From NCBI GenBank assembly GCA_008632985.1, contig QPGO01000052.1, positions 248,001-312,000 on the forward strand: DNA of 64,000 nucleotides, in the 5' to 3' direction. Numbering within the stretch: the first letter of the stretch is position 1; each line of letters opens with the position of its first letter. The position numbers and the translations under genes are program-made. Shown here piece after piece: positions 35,473 through 48,669 of this stretch. The notes under the pieces were generated by a model. That model had not been told where the DNA came from, searched no databases, and was given only the letters and a program-made list of their open reading frames with translations. Source of the stretch: Psammoneis japonica. Its lineage: Eukaryota.

Positions 35473-38400
35473 AGCGAAGTCGCAGGATAGAGACAAGAGC
35501 GAACTAATTCTAAGGAGGTCGCTCAATGCATGCAAAGTGTCATGTTGTGCTCTGTACTCTAATGTAGTCCACTTACTCATAGCCTCTCCTCCAGGCGGCA
35601 GCGTGTGAAAAATAAGAACACCAAGCACTCCTGGCCGGGGAACTCTCACTGACAGAAGATGCAAAGCCGTAAAGTAGCTAGATGTCCCTCTCAAGATACA
35701 AGTGTGCTTAGCAGTCTCTCTCTACTAGAAGTAGTACGCTCTACAAGAGTAGAGGCCTGCTGTTGATCAGCTCGAGTATGTCCACCTTCGGACAGATGCC
35801 AAACGCTTGTGCCTCTTTACTTCACCGTCTCAACCCTCGAAACCCGCCTTTTCTTTTGTGACCGACAAGTCATTCTTTGTTGTTGCAACAATGACAGCAA
35901 CAACAAGCTGTGATGGAAGAAGACAGGCATGCCCCTCTCCACTCTTCTCACACACAGCTCTGCATCCATCATGGTGGACCATGCATCTCCCTTCTTGGGG
36001 CAGCATGTGTGGTGTGGCAGTGTTGTGTGTTGCCTGGCAGCATCTTGGCATGAGTTTGGTTTCTGCAAACTTGTGCTGCAATTAAGCCACTGTTGCTCTT
36101 TGTCTCAGGAGCTGTGCTGGCATCTGTGATGAAGAGCATGGTGACAACAAGGTCGCAGCATGGTCCGGCAAGTTGTGCAGCCCGCTGGGTGGGCACAACA
36201 GCCAGCTTAAAATGACCCACACATCCTGGTGGGGTGCAGCAATTGGCAGGTGGCAAAAGGCTGCACAGTGCTGATTTGGGAGAGAAGCCAAGTTTGGGCT
36301 CCTGTTTGGCCAAATCAAAGTGCAGTCAGTCAAACCTTGTTCGCCACAGCTCCACCATGCACTCACTTTCAGGTGTCCCTCCTGAGGGCGGTCCACCTGA
36401 GCGAAACAGCACAGCATCAAGCAGTGCTTGTTGGGCAGGTTGTGTGCTCCTTTCTTTCCTTGTTTGCATGACCTTGACATGTTTTGGCATGATTGGGGGG
36501 TTGAAGAACCCCGCCCTCTGCCATGGCAGCAGGTTGTCAATTTTGAGCAGCTGATGGTCTGCCAGTTGTGGAGAAGGGACTCACATGGCATTGGCAATGT
36601 GGCGGGCATTGTCTGGTCATGTTCCTGGCTGCCATGCTCAGGCACCATGCATGGTTCCCATGATGCACATGTGCTGCACTTGAGCAGTGACTCGCACTTG
36701 ATTTTCAGCTCATGCTGTCTGCTCTTTCCTTTTTTTTGGCCCACTCAATGTCCTGACAAACAAGAATTTTTCAATCCACAGTCTGCGCAGTGCAGGGCTC
36801 ATTTTTTTGTGACATCTCAGCAGCTCAAGGGTGACTGTGCTTGATGGCTCATGGTGGTGACAAAGCCTCTCCTCATCAACCATGGATTGGATGATGCTGA
36901 TCCCACCAAAGACATCTCACAAAAATGTTCTGCTTTCTGGCAGCACAGAAATTTCTGTTGCCACAGAAAAGCACTCCTCAAACCACTGCTGCAGTTGCAG
37001 GGTTGTTTTCAGCTGAACAAACAATGGACAAAGACAAGCATCTCTTCCACCTTCAAGAAATGTTCAAAAGAGTGTCAAGATTGTCAAGCAACATTTTGTG
37101 ACAAATGTGTGGAGAAAACATCTTCAACTTTGCTCTTTCCACTTTTCACAAGCACATGCCCCGCAAACCACTGTGGATGAATGTCCCAGCTCCACAGTGC
37201 TCTCATGCAAGAAACACATGAACAACCCCCACCCACTCTGGGTGTGTGCAACAAAGCAAAGGCCACTGCACTTGCAAAGAAAAAAGATGCACAAATCAAG
37301 TTCTTGTCACCATGTTTTGAGCCAAGAGGAACAGATGTGCAGTTGTGGTGCCTGCCAAGAATGGATGCCAGGCAGATGGAGCTTTAGATTGTTGCTTTTG
37401 TGATCATGTGTCAGTTCATTGTCTTCTGATGCAGATGTGACAAAGCTTCAAGAGATTGAACAGATGTGTGCATGTGAAGCACAGTTGGCACAGCTTCACA
37501 GAGACACAGATGCTGGGTGGAACAACATTGTGTTGAAACTGACCAAACCTGAGTGCTGCCTGTTGCATGATCAACGCTGCTCCTGTCAAAAACAGTGCAC
37601 CACAGTTTTTGACAGAGCACATGCAAAGCCTGCAACTGGGGTCCACCTGTTTTCAGTGGCAGCAGCTCTTGTTTTTCTGAGAAATTTGCAGCCAGCATGA
37701 CTGCCGCGCCATTGAAAGGGTGCCTTTTGTTGTTTGTCAGCTGCCCACCGGTGTTCATTCTGTGCACAGCTTGTCAATGATCATTTTCAATTTTTCTTCA
37801 AAAGCCACCAATTCAAGACACTGCTGTTGCTTGTGTGATGACACATCATGTGCAGCACATTTGTGTGGCACACAGATGGCAGTGTGGCAGTGGCACAAGT
37901 GTTTCTGTGCAATGCAGGTCAAGAACAAGAGAGCAAAGCTGCCTCGCAACAGAGAACCTTCTCTTGAGACACATGTCATGTTTTGTCATCTTGCACTTCA
38001 AATGTGGTTCAAATGGCAAATGCTGTGTTTGTTGCATGTGAGCTGGCAGCACTTTTTGTTGTGCATCTTGCACACAACAATGACAAATGAGGGTGCTGAT
38101 GAGCCAAGATCAGGAAGAAAGAACTGCCCCTTTAAGACAGAGCATGCTTTGTTCATCCTGCAGAACAGCAACTTAAAACTTGACCACATTGCTCTGAAAA
38201 GGGTGCAAACACACATTTTGTGAGGGTGCATCATCTCTCCAGGCATTTCTTGATGCTGTCAAGCAAGAGGAGGACATTGAGGCTGGCACTCCCAGGTGGG
38301 TCTGCTTGTCAAGTGTTGCACTGCTGGCAGCAACCAGTGGAAAATGTTCTGGGCAGGAGTTGAGAGATCTTTTTTTCCAACCAACCCACTGGCTTTGGAG

Positions 38401-38790
38401 CCATTTTAAGATGTGCTCCAGCTCTGGGTGAGACCCTGCGCTGCTGGACTTTGATGAACATTTTTTGATCATGCACTGCACACACATTTCTGTGCACATG
38501 CTTTTTCACATGCCGGGCAAATGGTGCCAACTTGAGCATTCATCGAGTTGTCTGATTGCAGATTGCATTCCATGCACTCTCTGGAGTGTTGGCATCATGC
38601 AATGTGTGCTGGTGCAATGCTGTGTCCATGGTGATGCAATGACAGGAAGACAGATGTTCACGCAAGTGCTTGCAGATTGTTGCCCCTGGCAGTCAGCAGG
38701 TCATCAGTTGTGCATTGCATCACAGTTTTAGACAACAAGCCCATTCAAGAGCTCTGTCAGAATGCCTGACTGCACACTGCAAGAACAAAC

Positions 38791-41700
38791 TGACAATGTT
38801 TGCCAGCATGTTTGGACTGATGGAGAGTTTGGTTGTTGCAGCAAAGCAAATTCACAAATTGTGAGTGGAGGAGCAATCTCCATTTGCACTGAGCATTGAA
38901 TGGATCCCCTTTCAACACTCCACAGAGGGATTCTCCTGAACATTTTGCAGTCACTTGAAATTGCAGTCAAGTCCGCAATGCCCTCATGACTGAACATCTT
39001 CTGAACATCTTCTGCCAATGTTGTCAACTTGAGCATGATGTTGTTTGTTTGACACTCCCTCTTGTTCAGGACATTGGGCAGCTGCCCTTGAAAATGAGCC
39101 AGCCAATCAGATGCCTGCAATCTGAACAGGTTTTTGGGCACTTGACACCCAGCAGACATTCAGCAAGTCCTGCAAGTGCCACCCACCCATTGCCAGAGGA
39201 TGCAATGAGAGAAGAACATCTGCACCCACCAGTTTTGCAAAACAATCAACAAGTTGCTCTTTGTGGCCAGCACCAATGGGATGGATTGACATTTCTCTCC
39301 TGGATGCACAGTCCCTAAAAAGGCAGAGTTTTGCACTCAAATGTTTGGTTCTTGGATGGTGCTTGTGGGTCTTTGCAATTTCCAGAGCACTGCTGTTGTC
39401 CTCAAACATGTGACAATGAACCATTGGCTTGCAGGCATGCACTGGGAAGCCATTGTGCTTCATTTCCTCAAGCAATTCTGCAAGTGAGAGGTGTTGCACT
39501 CCTCAATGCATTTGACAAGCCATTGTGCTCACTCTTGGTTGAACTCAAAATGCAACCTCTGTTTGAAGTTGAGATTTCCAAAGGATGAGACATCTGGCAC
39601 ATGCACAATGATGTGTCCACATCTGGACCTGGCAGCATCACAACCAGCAGCTGCCTCTTGAGGATTCTAGTTGCTGCTTGAGTTGTCATCAACATGTGCT
39701 TCTAAGTCTGTGCCCTCTTGGGGTTCAAGCACAGTGCGTTTGTCTCTTGTGTCTTTGAGACAGCATTCTGGCCATTTGAGTGCTTGACCATTTTCATTTT
39801 GGGGTCTGCCATGAAACTTGAACATTGGTGGGGGGTGCCTGCAATGTCACTCCTTGTGGCCTTTTCCAGATGATTTAGTTTGCCATTGATGGATCTGCTC
39901 AGTTGCTTTGTCTGTCAAACATTTTGGAGTTGGAGTGCCTGGATGGCAATTTTGACGATGAGGCTGGAGTGTCCTTGGACTTTGCACAGCCACCATGAAG
40001 CTTCACGTCCTTTTGCATCTGGTCAATGAGGTGTGGTTGTGCAAGATGCAAGGTGCCATCACTTTTTCTTTTGATGTTGATGCCAAGGAAGTCTTGTGCA
40101 TGTCCCTCTGCCATGATGTCCAGCTTGGTTGCCTTCAGTTCCTTGATGGATTGATTTTTTTGCCTTGACAAAGCACACACACTTGTTGACCTTGGACTGA
40201 GTGAAGCTGGGCTTCTTTGTCAACTTGTTGACCATGCATTTGTTCCATGCTCATCTGGCTTGTTTCTGCCCACACAGGCTCCCATGCAGGCACAGTTCAA
40301 AGTCTTTTGAATCACCTTGATCAATTTCAAATCTCTTTTGGAATCTGCTTGTAAATTTTGTGCTCTGTTGGAGCCTGTGGGAAGCCCCCACACATGATCC
40401 AGCAGCTGCTTGACATGCCAATTGTGCACTGCTGCCAAGGCATGTGGCACATGCATTGAGTTCTGGGGTGCAAGTGGGGCATGTGTTTTGCTGCAGTCAA
40501 TCCCTCTGAGATGGGCAATTTGTAACATGGTGTGGAGAGATTGCTGCCAGTTAAAAATCTGTCCCTCAACATCCCCTTTGGTGCAAGCACCAAGCTCAGC
40601 TGTCAGAACTTGTGCCAACTGCTCAACTGATTGGCTCTGTTGCCCTGATCTTGTGTCACCTCTGTTGCCCTGGGCACACTGGGCAGATCAAACTTGCAGG
40701 TGCTTCTGGAGATTTTGCCTGTTGATTTGGCTGCACCAGCAGCAAACCAACTGCTGCAGCATCACCACCATGCTCATCAGCTTTGGGTGGCCCCAGTGTT
40801 TTGTTGAAATTTTTAACATGGCTTGCATTGGACCTCTCCTCTTCTTTGATGCTCCCTCCAAGGGAGGCATTGCTCCCTCTTGCTGAGGAATGCTCTGCTT
40901 GTTGAAAGCTTCAGGTGTGAGTGGCATCTTGTTCTTGCCTTGGGTCGGCTCATTTGCCTCCCTTTGACTTGTGAATCTCCTGGCTTTTGTTTGCCAAATT
41001 GAACCAAATTTGTCCTTTTGATCAATTGGAAGCTGGGGTCATGCTGCACATGGAGCTGGGGACTTGTGTGTGCTGTTGCTCTTTTTGGAACTAAGGAGAT
41101 AATTTTGCCACACATCAGGCTTGTCCCCAAGCATGTTCCAACCCTTGAGCATTGCTTCCTTTTTGTGACATTGACAGTCTTGGTTTGGAGCTGGTGGCTG
41201 GTCATCCAGTGCATGCACTGGGCATCCAAATGGGATCCAGTTCATGAGATTGCTTGAGATGTCTGTTTGCATGTGTGGTTGAGTCAGAGTGTGGTGCTCA
41301 GGATTTTGGAAGCTGGGCATTTCATTGACTGCATTGTTTGCTGTTTAGATGGCACTTGGCAGCAACACTCAAGGGCCATTGTTGGTTGGCATGCATGAGC
41401 ATGCCATGGGCATGTTCCTGCAGCTCATGGATGCAGCATTCAGCAACAGCATTCATGTGGTGTGTGTTGATGCCTGCAAATGTTGGGCCTTGTCCTTGGT
41501 CCTGACATGCTTGAACCCATTGCTTTGCCTTTAATGTCCCATCATCTGCATGGCAAGCAAGGATTTTGTCTCTGCAACTTCTCACCATCAACTCAAAAGA
41601 TTTCTTGCCTTCTGATGTCTTCTCCATGCTCATTGCTGTCTTTTGCAAATGCACATGGCAGAAGTGGGAGCATTGGTCAACACATGCTGTCACATGCTTG

Positions 41701-44700
41701 CATCTCAGCTTGGTTGTGAGAAACCCTGCCATTTGGGCAAAGAATCCCAGTCTGAGTGAGGCCATTGTTTGGTCCATGGACACCACTTGTCTGGGCAAAG
41801 TGTTGACTTTTGTGGATTGCAAGCCTTTTTGTTGCAGTCTTGCCACTTGCATTCAGTTGCTTTTGCAAAAACATGCACAAGGAGCATGCAGATGTGTTGC
41901 ATTTTGCCAAATGTTCTTTTGGGGCAATTCCCTGTGCTGCCATTGCTTGCAGATTCTGGAATGAGGCATGTGTCCACATTTTTTGGTGTCTCAACAACTC
42001 TGCCAATGCATTTTCTTTCTGCCAATCTTCCTCATCTGTCATGACTTGGGGCAGACTGGTGCTGCACCTGTGCCCTTGGGTGGTCCATCTAGATTGAATT
42101 GAGTGACAACTGGAGATTGTCCTCCAACCCTGAGGTGTGCTTGTGCATCATTTGTTGCTTGGCACAGTGCAAGATGGCCTTGATCAGATTCAAGGTCCAG
42201 GTGCATGTCACCAACCAAGAAACATCGGATTCTTGTTCCTCATTGTCTTCCTCTTTATCACTCACAATGTTTGCCTTGTTTGCTTTGACAGGATCATTGT
42301 CTTTTCAGTGGCATCATGTGCTCCAAATTCGGTGCAAAAGGCTTTGAACTGTTGGCAGCCAGGAGCCAGGAGCATGGCCAAATGTTGCAACATTGGTTTC
42401 TGCACCAAGGGGAACTGCAAGTTTATTTTTCTTCTGATTCCAGCACACCAGAGTGCATTGCTTGAAATCCATGATTTTCCCTGTGCCCTCAATTGGCTCA
42501 CAGTCCTTTTGTGTCTTTGCCCAGTGTTGTGGACTTGGTGGATGGATCTCACCATCAGGCACACAGTGCAAATTTGGAATCTTAAATTGGTGAGCAGCCC
42601 CATTTTCATTGCATCATTGCCAGATCAATGTGCCCATCATGACTCCTGTCACTCTTGACCCTCCCAATCCTTTCACACAGCTTGCTTGCTTGGAACAAGC
42701 TTGCTGACAAAGTCAGTGCGGCATTGGATGCACATCAGGTGCGCTGGTTGTCCATGCCTGTGGGTCTCAAATCCACACCAAATTGAGCCACATTCTCTCA
42801 TTTGAGAGCATCATTCTGGGCCATCATGCAGATTGCCAGGATGGCCCCAGTGCTGCTGTCATGCCCATTGAATGTCTTTGGCAACATTTGCTGTTGAACT
42901 TGCTCAATGGCTCTTGGGCTTGCCTGATTCTCCCTCTTTGAGATTGCTTGGCTGTGGACAGTCAATCAACTCTTCTTCTGACATGTCAACCAGCTCAGCT
43001 CCTGTCCATTGCATGCTTGACTTGGCTTGCTGCAACAATCTTTCATGTTTCTTCCAACCCTTTGATCATGGAATGCATTGCAGAGCTGGGTTGGCATCAG
43101 GACATTTGCAAAAGAGAACAATGAGATGGAAAATGACAGCAGTCAGCAACACACAAGCTCCGGTGACAAATTTGATTGGAGCACCTTTTGCAATTGCTCC
43201 CCTCTTGACAATTCACAGACTGCGATGGAGATCCAATTGCAGGTCACAGCTGTCTGCACAAATTGCATTGGCAGCAGCAACAGCGGCACAACCACAAATG
43301 CAGTTGCTTGCCACATTGCAAACAACATCATGCAGAAAGCAAATCAATGGATTCCCCAATCAGAGTTGGGTTTGCCAACTTGCTCAACAAGTCATTCTTC
43401 ATTTGATGATTCAATCTCATCTGCAATGGCAGTGAGAGCTTCAGGCAGTTTCAGCAACTTGAGGTCCTTTGGAATCTTGGTTGTCAGTGCCTCATCTCTC
43501 TTTTTGGGAGGACATTTTGCACCTCCAAGTTTCCAAGTGAGGAAGGCTTTTTCCTTTGCAGGCCAACAGTTTGTGGATCTGCCGCGTTCCATCACATTTT
43601 CTGCCCATGTCCTTGTGACAATGACAGCACAGCTTGTCATTCCAGCATTGGGGCTCATCAAGCTGATTGTTTGTGGGTCTCTCAATTCTCCAACCAAGCA
43701 AAAGGCTTCTAACCATGAGTCTTCTGTCCTCCTTTCTTTTGACTCTTGGCATTGCCTCTTTCTTTTTAGCATCAGATTTTTTGCCACAAGATGATTTCTT
43801 GAAGGCATCAACTTTGGCTTCTAGAGCCAGAATCTTCTCCTCCTTCAGGGATGGAGTGCTCCACTCATCACTCTGCACCATCTTCTTGCACTTGTTTGCC
43901 ACAAGTTTATGAGTTTGTTGGGGTCCATGTCATTTCCTTCATCATGCTTGCAACAGATGCAATTTACAAAGGTTTTGTCGGATGCTGCAAGGTGCCCCTC
44001 AAATTAGTTCAATTTTGAGATCTTTCACAGTCTTGCTGCCATGAGACTTGAGAGCTTGCAACAGGACTCAGGAGGAGCATGCATTGATTGAATTTTGTGA
44101 TTTCACTTGATGCTGTGCCAACGTGCTTGTCAAGATTGCTGAGTTTCATTCTGATGCTTGTCACAGCTGCATTGGTGTTGAGAGGTGACTTTCTTGAAAA
44201 TTGTTGCCTTCAACAGAAGGTTTCCCAATGGACATGTCTTGTTGTTCTTGAGAATTTTACACTGTTTCCCCCAGACCAGAATTCTTGTCTTTCCTTCTTC
44301 AGAAAGTGCACTCACAGGAAGGTGACAAAGAGCATCCTTGTGTCTTGTGCTGGCCTCACCAGTTGGTTGATGCACATGTGCTTGCAGCCATTGATGGATG
44401 AGGTCCTTTTCAATTTGACCACAGTGTGTCAATGAATTGGCGGCATCAAATGTGGTGTCCATTGGATCATGAGGAATCATCAAGATCCCATTTTTTTCAT
44501 TCCAACCATTTTTGGCAGCTCTGTCTTCAAAAGTCTTGAGGAACTGAATGAGTTTCTCCTGTGAACAGTCAAAGCCATTTGGGGCATGATTTTCTTAACT
44601 GCCTTGTTGCAAATGGCTCAATGTGCCTTTTCCACAAAGTCAAGAATGCCTGTGATGGCCTGAGCAGGTGTCAGAGAAAATGTCATGATGCCCAACCACT

Positions 44701-44978
44701 GACAATGTCAGCCAGTGTGTTTCAACTGATGGAGAGTTCAGCTGCCACAGGAAGAAAAATCACAAATTGTGAGCACAGAGCAGAGCAATTTTCCACTCAC
44801 TTTGAGGAGCATTGAACGGATCACTTTCAATGCTCAATGGAGGAATTTGGAACATTTTGCAGTCCCTTCAAATTGCAGTCAATCAATTCACAGGGGCCAT
44901 TGGTCAAATGTCCACAATGTCCTCATGACCAAACATCTGCCAATGTTGCAACTTGAGCATGATGTCATTCATTTGACA
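38791..44978 (-). mobile_element. Ty1/copia (CoDi-like) LTR retrotransposon, near full length, heavily mutated; LTRs approx 38791-39054 and 44700-44978
   Basis: Diverged TG..CA LTRs, PPT (ctccctc on + at 39055), TGG-starting PBS next to the 5' LTR, integrase VSMDQ..ACHADDG..TFAGINTHHMNAVAE, RNaseH FEDNSSALEIAK..PRTKHL. No intact TSD found. Confidence 0.88.
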
Positions 44979-45049
44979 GAGAGCACAATGTTTTCAGTGT
45001 TGTCTGTTGCCACACATGGCAGCAGCTTCAAAGCTGTGTTGTTTGTGCT

Positions 45050-46990
45050 GGTTGTGCATCATTGTTGCAGCTCATTTCCACCTCACTCAGCTCTCAGCAT
45101 GGCAAATGGTGGCCCTCTTCCTCTTGAGTTGACCAACAAAGCTGTCAGATCACAGCTGTGGATGTTGATGTGAAAAAAAAGACATTGTTGGCTCACTTCA
45201 CCTCCAGGTTTTGGCAATTGTGCAAGTTGCAGCACATGCTTGTTGCCAAACCTTTCTTTTCAACAGATGAGTTGTTCCTTTTTGCTTTGCTTCATTGCTT
45301 TGTGGCCATGAAAGTGAATCTTTTCTTGGATGATGCAGTCAATTGTGCACCCAAGGCAAGAAACAAAGGACGAGTCACTGTGAGATGGAGCTGGCAAGCA
45401 AATTTTGCTCAACAGGAATCAGACAAAAATGGTGCTCTGGGGGGGGGGTTCATGACCATTGACTGTGACAGAATCCTCACACAACCATGTTTCACAAATT
45501 GCCAGTGGCCACATCAATGACAGTGTGTGGGAAACCACAGCAGCGTCACAAACAAGCATGTTGATTTGGACATGCTTGTGAAATTTCAATGTTGTGACAG
45601 CTCTTGCACATCTCCAACCATGCTCAAAATGCAACTCACTCTTGGCTTGGTGCAGTCCTGTCTTGGCACCAGCAACAAACTCTGACATGTTTGCCTTTGC
45701 CATGCATTCTGCATGCTTCAAATTTCATGTTTGCCATTGCAGCCAAGTCACAAGACAATTCTGCCATGTGACAGACAATGCAGAGTGGTTGGTGTGCATT
45801 CATCATGGCCAACAAATGCTTCAGCATGTTTCTCAAACAGCTGGCCTGCCAAAGTCTTGGTGATCAAATGATGTGGACCACCCACCCACACTCCTCCCAC
45901 AGTCTTTGGATCTTTGGCATGCTCAGTCACTCTTGTTGTGAGCAATCTCAAATGAATGATTCTTGCTGTCACCCCATGCTTTGCCCTCAGCTTCAAACAC
46001 AATCCTTGATTTGGAGTCACCAGCATCATGGTGCACTGAACAGATTCCATGTTTTGCCACTCATGAACACAGATCCTCCTGCAGCAAGATGCAATTGGTG
46101 CCGTTCCTTCCAGCAACTCAAAGTCATCTTCAAAACTCCAGCTGACAGCTGGCAGAATCAATTTTTGCCCTTTTGTTCTCTTGGTCAATGTCAATTTTGC
46201 ATCCCAAATTTATTTGAGTTCTTCTGTGTTGTCACAATCAAACAAATTCTTCATCTGCTTCATTGTTTGCTTCTTGAACACAGTGCTTTGGTCCACAAAT
46301 GAAGCAGTCATCAACCCATGTTGTTAACTGTGTGGCTGACCCATCAAAAACCACTTGAATTGCAAACAGGGACTGGCGTTGCTCTTTTTATCTTTCGCTT
46401 TTATGGAAGCTTTGTTGATTTCCCACTGGAGTGCAATGGCAGCTTGCTTCAGCCCATGTGTTGTTTGCAATGAAGATGGCACAACATCTCCTGAACGGAG
46501 TCTTTCAAATCCTTGTGACACTTCCATGTGTGCAGTTGTTGTTCATTCTCTAAAATTGGGCCATTGAAAATGCTCCACATGCATCCAACAACTGGGCCCA
46601 GTGCACATCAGTGCCAACAATGCTGCCCATGCAGTGACGTCATTTGCAGCTGGCACAATTTGTTGAGCTCCTTGCAGTGCTCTCCCTCCACTTGTGTTTT
46701 TGAACAATCTCCACAAGCATTTGTGTGAGCCCAAAATTCTCAATTTGCCTTCCATTTTATCACCCAAGTTGAGCTTGGAATTCTTGCATCCTCCGGAATG
46801 TCCTTGTGATTGCTTGGCTCCCAGATGCTGTGTGCGCTGCTGCAAACTTGTGACGCACCCTCTTCTCCAGCTGGTGCTTCACAGCACTCCCAGGCAGCGT
46901 GGAACGTTGGCTGTCTTCACAGCTTCAACATCATGTTTCATGACTTTTAATTCTGAAGTGTTCTTGAATCCACCGCCCAGTCCAGCTGCA
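45050..46990 (-). mobile_element. Second copia remnant (RT/RNaseH)
   Basis: MEVSQGFE..DVV..LQTTHGLKQAA, ASPCLQFKW and WVDDCF (about 46301-46318). Confidence 0.8.
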
Positions 46991-47269
46991 CAGCTCCAAC
47001 CAATGGCTGATCAGGCAATTCTGGCGCAAAAAAGGGCAGGTCCCGCCCCCATCCAGGCGAAGCCTGCATGGACACGCACTGTGCACTTGAACACCTGTGT
47101 CGTCGCGGCGCGCCAAAAATTTTTGCCGCGGCGGTCGACGGTCGCGCGGCACCGCCGCATCTCCTTGCTCTGCAAGCAGCAAGCAGTGACAGGTGACAGC
47201 GTGGCGGGTGTTCTCGTTGTTGTGCAGTGCTGTCTTTGTTGTGTCTACTCCCAGTTGTGTGTGTGTGCG

Positions 47270-48669
47270 ATGCCTCCAAAGAAGAAGCAGAACAGATCCC
47301 AAGCTTCCATTGACAAGCGGAACACAACAAAGCGGGAGCAGCGAAGGTTGGCAAACGAAGAAAAGGAACGAAAGGCCCTCATGGCTGAAGCGCGCACGAA
47401 GAAGAACACGGAGCGGATGAGGAAGAAACGCGCAGAAGAGAAAGCGAACGAGGGAAAGCACTCCAATGCTGGCGAGATCCCAGTGCCAGCCTCCGGTGCT
47501 GTCATGGAACCCAGTGCCGCTGCTGCTGTCGTGCCCGCTGCCGGAATGGCGGTCGTGCCCGCTGCCGGAACGGCGGTCGTGCCCGCTGATGCTGCTGTTG
47601 AACTGCCGACCGAAAACATGATTGCGGCCATTGCACCCACTCTTCCTGTGAACCATCAAACTGCCATTGCTTTGGTGGCTCAGCAGAACGAGTTTGACCG
47701 CGCAATTTACCAAGACGAAGCAGCCAGCATCAAGGACGTCGCGGAATCAGTCGCGGAGGCAGTCGCGAGTAAAGTCGTGAAAGAAGCGTTTGCTGAGATG
47801 AGGCAGAGCAAGGCTGATCTCAAGTCGTCGACTGAAAATCGTTCCAAGGAGATCATTGCGCTACTTACGCTGGCCAAATCGGCGCCGACTCCTCTCCGTC
47901 CGGCGGAGAACATTGAGGAGATTCCTCCAACTCCGGCTCCCACGGCGGTCGCCACGAATGAAAATCGTCTGAAAGACGATGAAGCGTTCATGACGCCACC
48001 CTCGCAAGGAAATGCCTCACCTGGTGGACGATGCGGAGAAAGAGGAACAAGAGGCAGTGGAAACTCCGAGGAGCAAGTAAATGAAAAGGCACATCAAACA
48101 CATGGCACACACTTTCTTTTCATCATGCAACTGACACATGTGCTTCGTGTCATTCCGACATCACAGAATCTTTTCTCTCTCGCGTTTCGGGTGCCGTCTC
48201 TCATGTTTTTACTCCTAGAAAGGAGGAGACTGATGCTCAAGGGTCTGAAAATTCTTCGGACGGTAGCAAGGAATCGGTTGATGTCCACGATTCTACCAGG
48301 GACTCCGACACAGCGGGTGACGATTTTGCCAACGATTCCGAGGTTTCTGTGGTCGAGCAAGATTTTGCCGAGGGCGCTGACTCCGAGAATGAAACTTCTG
48401 TCGAAGGTGAAGAGGCCTCTGTTGGCGAGGAGGGGTTCCTCATGGACAATTCTGATGTCAACAAATCCGACGGCTCTGATTCGGAGGATGATGAGGATGC
48501 CGACGATGGCATTGGTGTCAACAATTCCGGCGACGCCGATTCGGAGTCTTCGTCCAGTGGCACCGATTCGACGGATGGCCATTCTGTCGACAGCGTGCCG
48601 ATGACCTCCCCGGTCTGCAACAGGTTCAATCTTCGTCCTCGGCGTGCCGCCAAGAACTGCATCTCCTGA
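47270..48669 (+). pseudogene. Intron-containing low-complexity/coiled-coil protein pseudogene (frameshift near 48010, intron 48073-48166), paralog of 63449-64000
   Basis: MPPKKKQ start, VVPAAG repeats, PTLPVNHQTAIA; splicing joins ETPR|KSFLS to the acidic ORF that ends at 48669. Confidence 0.65.

Noticed and set aside
38786..44983. TSD for the large copia element and TIRs for the Harbinger-like elements
   Set aside because: The copia flanks do not match (caaac versus gagag) and I could not see convincing inverted termini. Degeneration prevents a call.
46694..48604. 636-aa ORF as one protein
   Set aside because: It is a chance fusion of antisense copia sequence, a gene body, an intron and an out-of-frame exon, as shown by the 63.4-kb paralog.
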